Positions 24,851 through 32,000 of a stretch of 32,000 nt of DNA are shown piece by piece (within the stretch, counting starts at the first letter, position 1; each line of letters opens with the position of its first letter). This DNA is from Zygophlyctis sp. KS116 (taxonomy: Eukaryota > Fungi > Chytridiomycota), in the NCBI GenBank assembly GCA_054661495.1, contig BAAFSQ010000067.1, forward strand, positions 12,520-44,519, read 5' to 3'. A model generated the notes under the pieces. It did no database searches. It was not told the DNA's origin and saw only the letters and a program-made list of their open reading frames with translations. Both the position numbers and the translations under genes were made by a program.

Positions 24851-26707
24851 ATGATTTCTCTTGGATATCTCTTCTTATTGGGAAGTCTGTCAGTTCATGG
24901 CTTTAGCTTTCAAAGTGAGCCTGCAGGTTATACTGATAGGATCAATCGGGTTGTGGGAACTTTAGAGATGGGCTCTGATGCAGACAAGAATGATTTATTT
25001 TCCACAAATGATTTAAAGAATAGTTGGTCATTAATTTTGGAGCAAAGTATACTGCAAAAGAAGAATTCTGCCTTAAGTGCAATTTTGGAATGTCCGAGAT
25101 TAATAGATTGGGCAGGTTCAGATTCTTCAGGATTTCTATTAGCTCCTATTCAGTTTGCAACGGTGCTTAAACAATTAAAGCTTGAAGGTAAATAGATTTC
25201 TAAAAGTAACATATTAGAACATTTTATTTTTGATTATGGTGATCAGGGGAAGATTATTGCTGATTTTGTCTTTAGCCAGGATTCTTTAATTTCTAATCTT
25301 ACAAGAACCACTGACGTTGAAATTGTGAATTTTGTTTTTGGTTGGATGGTATCAATCAAGTCAATTGATCATGTTCGATATATCCTGGATAATCAGTCCC
25401 TGTTTGGCCTAATCTCTGAAAAGAGTTTTGAAAATCAGATCATTCTTTGTCTTCAAGAAGATAATTTAGAGATTTTCAGACTTTTGTTGGAGAATTCAAA
25501 CTCTCTTAAAAGGGTTGTCAAGGATTCAAACTCTATTTGGTCTTCAGTTTTCCCTCGGGTACTAGATTATAATATGAATTTGGCTCAACGAAAGAAGAAT
25601 CGTCCGTCCAAATTGATGTCTTACATCTTGTCTTCAAAAGAAATCATGAAGATGATCAACCCTAAAATTGTATCGTCAATTTGTGATGCTAGTATTTCAA
25701 ACTATGAAAAGCTGGATTTGATTTCAGATAATGCAGAGGCTCTAAGAAAGATTAATAAGGATCAATTGAGTAGAGCACTTTCTGCTGGATTGAAGCGTGA
25801 TGTTATTAGTGAAGTTGTTGCTCGGCTCTGGCTAACTAAACCTGAACTTTCCACATATTTGACACCCGAAATTCTTGGATTAATATTTCTCAAATCTGCT
25901 AAAAAAACTTGGAGAACAATATTTGAGGTAATCATAGATAGAGATGATTTACTGGCTTCAGTGGACGTTGGACTATTGAATAAGGGGATCGCAATTAACA
26001 CTGATAAAAATTTAGATATAATTGGAACAAAATTAATTTCATCTTCTCTTCTTCAGGAAAAGGTTACACGTTTATCTTTGGGAATTCTTTTCTCAAGATT
26101 CCTTGCTTTGCAATATGATAATATTGTAAATGCTTTTTTGGAACGAGACGAACTAATGTCTTTAGTACCTCCTCAATATTTAGCAGAAGGAATTGATTCT
26201 TTGATTGTTGAAGATACTGGGACCAATACCGAAAGCCTTGTTCAATTGTTTTTGACTGACAAATACATTGCCCGTATTACAGATGCTGATTGGTGGACTA
26301 TTGTCAAACATTCCATTCGATTTAACAAAAGAAAAATCTGGACTAAATTTTTCCAACATGATTCTATAATTCGTAGACTTCCTACTACATTCTTAAAGAA
26401 AATCAAGAAATATGTAGAGCAAGACCAGCAGACCGCCATTACACAAATTCTTAAAGAAAGGCCATCAGAAAACATTATGTCTAATGTTAGAAAATATGTT
26501 CATAGATTTAAAGATCGCAGAGTCAAACCTCAAATCAGTTATTCTCTTCCAACATTCAGTCGTGAAGAGATTCAAGCTGAATTTAATGAAATTAAAGATA
26601 TGGTAAAGGAGATGACAAAAGATGGACATGCACTAACTTTAAGTGAAAAGGATAGTTTAATTCATAGAGTTTTGGAAAATCATGTTCCTAAATATGGAGA
26701 AATATAA
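24851..26707 (+). CDS. Predicted secreted protein with degenerate ~34-aa helical repeats (~608 aa), unknown function
   Basis: Signal-peptide-like MISLGYLFLLGSLSVHG. The 30-nt intron 25188-25217 joins ORFs 24758-25195 and 25325-26707 in frame. 34-aa periodicity in the C-terminal half. Confidence 0.7.
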
Positions 26708-26811
26708 TAAATAAGTTCTGAAAGTTTGAAGACGATAAGTCTGTGTACACGACACGAGCGGTCATATTAAAACGCGTTTTAAAGAAGCGTGAGAATACAT
26801 TTATCTTTCAA

Positions 26812-28024
26812 ATGCCATATTCTCAATCAATATTGCTCTTGCTTGTGGCAGGCATGCTATTTACTGGAACAATAAATACTATTTTAAACAAGTTGCAAGA
26901 TTTGACATGCGTTGAAAATTGTGATGCTGATCCATCTCAACAGCATCATTTTGAACAGCCTATATGGCAAACACTCAACATGTTCATCGGAGAAGCATTA
27001 TGTCTAATTGTATATTACGCAAGCAGTTTGTTTGAATCGCGGTCGACGGAAAGCGTAGCTGATCAAGAGTCTCTAAACTCACAAGATCTAAACTCTACTC
27101 AGTCTTTGAATGCTCCGAAAGGTATTGCGATGACAGGAAAATCTAATTTTCTACTTTGGATCCCAACAATGTGTAAGCATTAAACATGATAACTTGTCCA
27201 GGCGATCTTACAGCGACAACACTCATGAATGTAGGTCTTATTTACATTTCAGCATCAATCTATCAAATGCTAAGAGGATCGGTAGTCCTTTTCACTGGAA
27301 TTTTATCATCAATATTTCTTCATCGAAAACATCCACGTTATAGATGGTTTGCTCTATCGACTATATTTTTAGGCGTTGCTATTGTTGGACTAGCTGGAAT
27401 AATTCAAAATGGGAAAACAGCAAAAATATCAATACATGGATCACCGATTGGTATTTTTATGGTTGTTTTGGCTCAAGTTTTTACTTCTATTCAGTTTGTG
27501 ATTGAAGAGAAAATAATGCATAAATACTCTGTTCCTGCTCTAAAAGCTGTCGGTTTAGAGGGAATCTTTGGCTTGATTACAGTTTTGATTGTTCTTCCTA
27601 TTCTACATTTTTCTTATGGTATAAAAGGACCAAAAGGGAATTTCGCTGATGTAGTGACTGGATATCATGAAATGTTTGATAATCCTCAAGTTTGGATTGC
27701 AGGAATAGGAATCATTTTTAGTATTGCATTTTTTAATTGGTTCGGACTAACTGTCACTCGCAGTATATCGGCTACATCCAGATCTACGATTGATACATGC
27801 AGGTAAATATTTCAAGAAATAAGAATAGAACTATATTTATTTGGATCATATCACTAGCTTTAGAATGGGAAACATTCAAATCATTACAAGTGGTTGGATT
27901 TGCGGTGTTAATTTATGGAACGTTTATCTTTAATGATGTGATTCGACCTCCTCCATTAAAAATCCTTGAAGCACCTCAAGATTTGGCAGGGGAAGAAGAT
28001 CCTCTGCTCCAGGGCGTTGAGTGA
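26812..28024 (+). CDS. SLC35F6: SLC35F6-like nucleotide-sugar/DMT-family transporter (~385 aa)
   Basis: MLFTGTINTILNK; FEQPIWQTLNMFIGEALC; CDLTATTLMNVGL..ASIYQMLRGSVVLF; QFVIEEK; SATSRSTIDTCRTIFIW. Introns 27173-27201 (29 nt) and 27803-27828 (26). Confidence 0.88.
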
Positions 28025-28078
28025 TTTTCGCGTTTATAAAATGAAATTGTTTTTATCATTTATCTTGTCCATTGTATG
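27866..28078 (+). repeat. 213-bp perfect direct repeat, copy 1
   Basis: Identical base for base to 29956-30168 (offset 2090). Contains the last 159 nt of the SLC35F6 CDS, the 16-nt spacer and the first 38 nt of the MCFD2-like CDS. Confidence 0.97.
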
Positions 28079-28129
28079 ACAATTTCGATATTCACTCTTA
28101 TCCAAAGGAATATATAGGGGATTTATCTA

Positions 28130-28700
28130 CCATTGTATCGATAACTATAGAAATCAGCTATTGTTTTAATAATTCAATAATACCAACGCCACTCTTGGTA
28201 CTTGAGCATTGAATAGACCCATATACGGAAACCTTAAGAGCAGCTTGACAAATCTTATAATTGCCCATGACTTGAAGCTATTCACTCTAATATATTATCA
28301 AAATATTATAAAAATACCCCCAACTACTTGAAAAAGCCAAAAGATCAAGTGGTAAACTAGAAAGGAGATTAATCCATCCCCATTTAGTTACAAGATACAT
28401 TTTTGTAGCAGCCCCTGAATCTGTAATATGAATCCCATATTCATCCGTAAAAGACAAGTGTGCTGAAAGATAACAATCAATCAAAAAAACAATATCTAGA
28501 CACAAAAAGCAAATAACCCATCCAACAGACATAAACTGAACAAACCATCCAAACAATACCGGAGTTATAACCAAATTTAAAAGATACAGCAGTAGTATAT
28601 ATAGGGGACCGAATAATACCAGTATTTGTTATAAAGTATGTAAAAAGATGATTGGGTTTCCTCCAATATATTGAGGGATATATCATCCAAAATACAAACT
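28130..28700 (-). pseudogene. Displaced 5' half (S1-S4) of a cyclic-nucleotide-binding channel gene; probably disrupted; upstream boundary uncertain
   Basis: YLLNLVITPVLFGW (S1); LDIVFLIDCYLSAHLSFTDEYG (S2); INLLSSLPLDLL (S3); after intron 28287-28317, WAIIRFVKLLLRFP (S4); after intron 28158-28183, LISIVIDTMV, then junction sequence. A stop/frame break lies just upstream of S1 near 28600-28635. Confidence 0.7.
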
Positions 28701-28964
28701 TTTGGCATTTAGCTTTTAGAATCAAATCAGAATCTAAATGTCTAATTTTAAAGGCATCTCTCTGTGCTGTGACACAAACTATAAAATTGGACAGAGCTCT
28801 TACCAATTTGTTGAAACATCAATTTATCGGAGACAGCAATATTGGTTAAAAATGGCTGAGCAGTATGCTGCGTTGCTTCTGAGTTGAAATTTAGATCAAG
28901 AATCTGATTTTTATGTGAAGAATTTAGGAAAACTTAATTTAGATCACATTTTCTTTATGGACAC

Positions 28965-29924
28965 TTAACGTTCAATGATGAACTCTGTCGGTGGGTTTTT
29001 TACATCGTAAAGGTTTCCAGATGGATAAACACAAAAAAATCCTTGGTTGTGTGCATTCTCTCTTATCTCCTTCGGAAACAAGGTACCACACAATACCCCA
29101 ACATACTTTGTACAATTTCTAAACTCTGGTTGGGCGTTGAGCTGAAACTTCTTGAAATCTTTGATTCTTTGAGGCAACTTGTTAACTTGCTTCAAGCTCA
29201 TATTATGCTTAGCTACACAGAGATATAATACATCACCATCTCTAAAGACAGCGCCCCACTCTTGAACAATGGTTTTTTCATCTGGGCCCATAATATCTGT
29301 TGGCATATCTACTACTGAATCAGCAAGCTCATTTAACAAGAAGCGCTTCATGGCCAAGTAAGTTTCTTCCTCCATCGCTCTGTCTTCCAGTTGCTGCCAT
29401 CGCAGTTCGTCAACAAACGACTTTTCGTAGCGAGAATATACATTGTACTTTTCTCCATCAACCAATTGTTCCAACGATGTTATCCGCTTCTTTGGATTGG
29501 ACAACAAATAGAGAGCCGAGCCTTTTCCTTCAAATATCTGCTTCAAGTCAGCTTCTTTTCGGACAACAACCTCTGTAAAACTATCAAGAGGACGACATTC
29601 TTCATCAATATCCTGGACAAAGATATTTTTAATTGATTCTTGAGTTTTCACAAAGACAGGTGATTCATCGGTATTTGGTTCAACAAATTTAGACAATTCT
29701 TCAATTGTAAGTCCAGGGCGAAGTGGAGCATCAGTCAATGTCTTGTGAATGGTGAGTTGATCAGAGGAAATAGCGTTGAGCTTTGGAGAGAGTTTCTTCT
29801 TGATAGCTAGAGTAAAGTCACTGATATTCAAACAACCAGAAGTATAGACTTGAGTTGCTTGACTGCCATTGTGTTTAACCCATAACTTGGCTAGACTGCT
29901 TCTGAAACGAACGATTCTCAACAT
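28965..29924 (-). CDS. Crinkler (CRN)-like protein: ubiquitin-like N-terminal domain plus PD-(D/E)XK restriction-endonuclease-fold C-terminal domain; intronless
   Basis: N-domain pattern KLWVK..QATQV..GC.NISDF..AIKKKLSP.L..DQLTIH..LRPG..N..ESPVFV. C-domain EEE..QEWGAVF..LYLCVAKH..YVGVLCG..A...GFFCVYPSG. Family recognised from memory, not searched. Confidence 0.68.
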   Translation of the reverse strand: MLRIVRFRSSLAKLWVKHNGSQATQVYTSGCLNISDFTLAIKKKLSPKLNAISSDQLTIHKTLTDAPLRPGLTIEELSKFVEPNTDESPVFVKTQESIKNIFVQDIDEECRPLDSFTEVVVRKEADLKQIFEGKGSALYLLSNPKKRITSLEQLVDGEKYNVYSRYEKSFVDELRWQQLEDRAMEEETYLAMKRFLLNELADSVVDMPTDIMGPDEKTIVQEWGAVFRDGDVLYLCVAKHNMSLKQVNKLPQRIKDFKKFQLNAQPEFRNCTKYVGVLCGTLFPKEIRENAHNQGFFCVYPSGNLYDVKNPPTEFIIER

Positions 29925-29955
29925 GTTTTCAAGTTGAAACTAGGGTGACAGTTGG

Positions 29956-30168
29956 TGGGAAACATTCAAATCATTACAAGTGGTTGGATTTGCGGTGTTA
30001 ATTTATGGAACGTTTATCTTTAATGATGTGATTCGACCTCCTCCATTAAAAATCCTTGAAGCACCTCAAGATTTGGCAGGGGAAGAAGATCCTCTGCTCC
30101 AGGGCGTTGAGTGATTTTCGCGTTTATAAAATGAAATTGTTTTTATCATTTATCTTGTCCATTGTATG
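29956..30168 (+). repeat. 213-bp perfect direct repeat, copy 2
   Basis: Identical to 27866-28078. Here the SLC35F6 tail is orphaned and the MCFD2-like ORF continues intact. Confidence 0.97.
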
Positions 30169-30538
30169 TGCGGTTGAGCCGGACTTTGGAGATATTCACT
30201 CTGATCCAAAGGATTTTAGAAAGGATTTTATTGCTCATCATAAAAGAGATGATAATGTTGGTGATGTCAAGTAAATTCCAATCATTTACTCTAGAGCGTC
30301 AGAAATTTTTGATGAGGATCAAAACGATGATACGTTTTACTGGTTTAGCCTTCATGATTATAATCATGATGGGTTTCTTGATGGGCATGAATTGAGGTAT
30401 GCATGGATGGCGTCTGATCCGTCGAAATATACAAAAGAAATCGCTGAGACAATGGTAGATAAGATTCTGGAAAAGGATGATTTAGATAATGATGGAAGAA
30501 TATCTTGGGAAGAATATTTATCTGCTAATAATAAATAA
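30131..30538 (+). CDS. MCFD2: MCFD2-like secretory-pathway two-EF-hand protein (~127 aa)
   Basis: Signal peptide MKLFLSFILSIVCA; 24-nt intron 30271-30294; FYWFSLHDYNHDGFLDGHEL and VDKILEKDDLDNDGRISWEEY. Confidence 0.8.
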
Positions 30539-30550
30539 AATTCTGTCCGA

Positions 30551-31909
30551 TTATGACTTTGTATTGCTAAATGATCGTGATTGTCGACCTGGTGTTGTTA
30601 GGAATGGTTGAGTTGTTGAAGGGGCTCTGAAAGATGGTGATTTCAGAAATTGTCTTTGCGGATTAATGTCTTGTTTTGATGACATGTTTGAAACAGGTTG
30701 ATGTTGATCTCTAGAAATGATGCTAGAGGCAAGTGATGCAATACTTCCAAAGATTGATGATTTTGGACGAATCTCTCTTTCTAATTTTGCCTGAGCTTCT
30801 CTTTCTTCTTCTAGCTTTTTAGCGGCTTCCAGAGCTGCCTGTTCTGCCTTTTTACGCATTTCATTTTCTTCTCTTTCCTTGATTGTGCGTTGAATTCGTT
30901 CAGAAATGATTGGGAATTGAGTTAAAATAAAGTTGTAATCATCTTTGGTCAGCATGCATAGTTCAACATTTCCTTTTGCTCTAGCTGATGCAGTTCTTTT
31001 ACAATCTAATTGATAAGTTTGATAAATGTTACTTTTAAAAAGTGCAATTTCCCCAAAGAATGATCCTGTTCCTAATGTTACAAATATTTGTCCAGAGTCT
31101 CCCACAATCTCTACTTGTCCTGATTTAATAAAGAACATTTCTTGTCCTTCATCATCCTTTCTAAATATAAAACATCCTTCAATGATATGTATAGGCTAGA
31201 TTTTTTAATTAAGATATAGGTACCTTTATCTTTAAAGACACAGAATATTGAAATTGAATGTCTGTATCCTGGAATAGCGGGACTTTTTTAACCAGATCCA
31301 AATATAAAAAGTTTTTGATTTCTTGTTGAAGAGATTTAGGAAGGTCGTCAAAGAGTTTTGCTTCATCAACACCTTGACTTCGCATCCACTGTAACTCTTT
31401 GTGAGAGTTTACCATCTTCAATTATTTTATGTTTGGTGTACCTTTTGTAGCTCTGGAATAATACCCTTTTCTCTCATATACTGTCTCAGCCTATCCATCT
31501 CAAATTTATGTCGTTCCTCTAATAACTTAGTTTTCAAATTGTATTATACCAGCCTGACTTGATATAACCGTATCATCCATCATTTCTACAATACCTAGAA
31601 TTAGAAATATTGGTATTTACTATGTATATTCCCAAATACAGTGCCATATGCTAAAATTCCAGCTATAAATTCAAAAACAACATAAACGTTTTCTCCATCT
31701 TTATATGCACTCCGAAGTTTGAGAACCAGGGACTTTAAAGCTGAAATATAACTCACAAGATATTGTGTAGAGAATACAGCTTCTGATAGGTGCTCCTTGT
31801 CTATCCATCGCGGAGGACTAAGACAAGACTCTAAAAACCAAAATAAGCATCCATCAATATGACCAAGTACAAGTAAAACAACCATTGTCTTGATCAATCT
31901 AGAAATCGG
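30551..31909 (-). CDS. 3' half (S5-pore-S6, C-linker, cNMP-binding domain) of a CNG/HCN/KCNH-superfamily channel
   Basis: GHIDGCLFW (S5); GILAYGTVFGNI (S6); LFDDLPKSLQQEI..LVKKVPLF; EMFFIKSGQVEIV..GSFFGEIALF..RTASARA. Introns 31595-31620 (26 nt), 31519-31549 (31), 31416-31441 (26), 31196-31223 (28), 31006-31032 (27). Spliced length 1221 nt is in frame. Confidence 0.88.
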
Positions 31910-32000
31910 CTTGCCGCTAGAGTAGAAAGACCAGTAGAAAGCAATGGCTTTTTAAAATTGACGCATGTTCCAAATTTAGCTGACAATTCTTCAATGCTAA
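31910..32000 (-). other. Fragment resembling a second Crinkler-like N-terminal domain, running off the window edge
   Basis: 31971-32000 caaatttag[ctg]acaattcttcaatgctaa aligns with 29684-29710 caaatttagacaattcttcaattgtaa. Translation SIEELSAKF..N..KPLL versus TIEELSKF..N..SPVF. Confidence 0.45.

Noticed and set aside
27866-30168. The 213-bp repeats as LTRs of a retroelement
   Set aside because: The repeat is host coding sequence. There is no CA 3' terminus, primer-binding site, polypurine tract or gag/pol between the copies.
30056-30395. ORFs 30056-30274 and 30162-30395 as separate genes
   Set aside because: The first is MCFD2 exon 1 plus an out-of-frame read of the duplicated SLC35F6 tail; the second is an alternative frame over MCFD2.

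Overview
A 32-kb segment of a very compact, AT-rich eukaryotic genome. It is most consistent with a flagellated, chytrid-like fungus, inferred from the axonemal dynein, the transition-zone TMEM17-family gene, a DUF1769 gene and a Crinkler-like gene. The broken ORF track is explained by about 49 GT-AG introns placed by hand: all are 23-32 nt except one of 63 nt. Genes in order: RING-finger 3' end, TMEM17/216-like, CSN6-like, KIN17, Nup49/58-like, DNAJC8, CHID1, PTPDC1, a 14.3-kb inner-arm dynein heavy chain (DNAH10-like, 19 introns), RPL24, DUF1769, a secreted 34-aa-repeat protein, SLC35F6-like transporter, MCFD2-like EF-hand protein and a cyclic-nucleotide-binding channel. The most striking structure is at 27.9-32 kb. 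A perfect 213-bp direct repeat brackets a 1,877-bp insert carrying an intronless Crinkler-like nuclease-fold gene and the displaced 5' half of the neighbouring channel gene. The insert's left junction is patched from short templated snippets, and a second Crinkler-like fragment abuts the channel's 3' half. This is a candidate Crinkler-associated insertion/gene-shuffling system, but an assembly or amplification chimera is not excluded.
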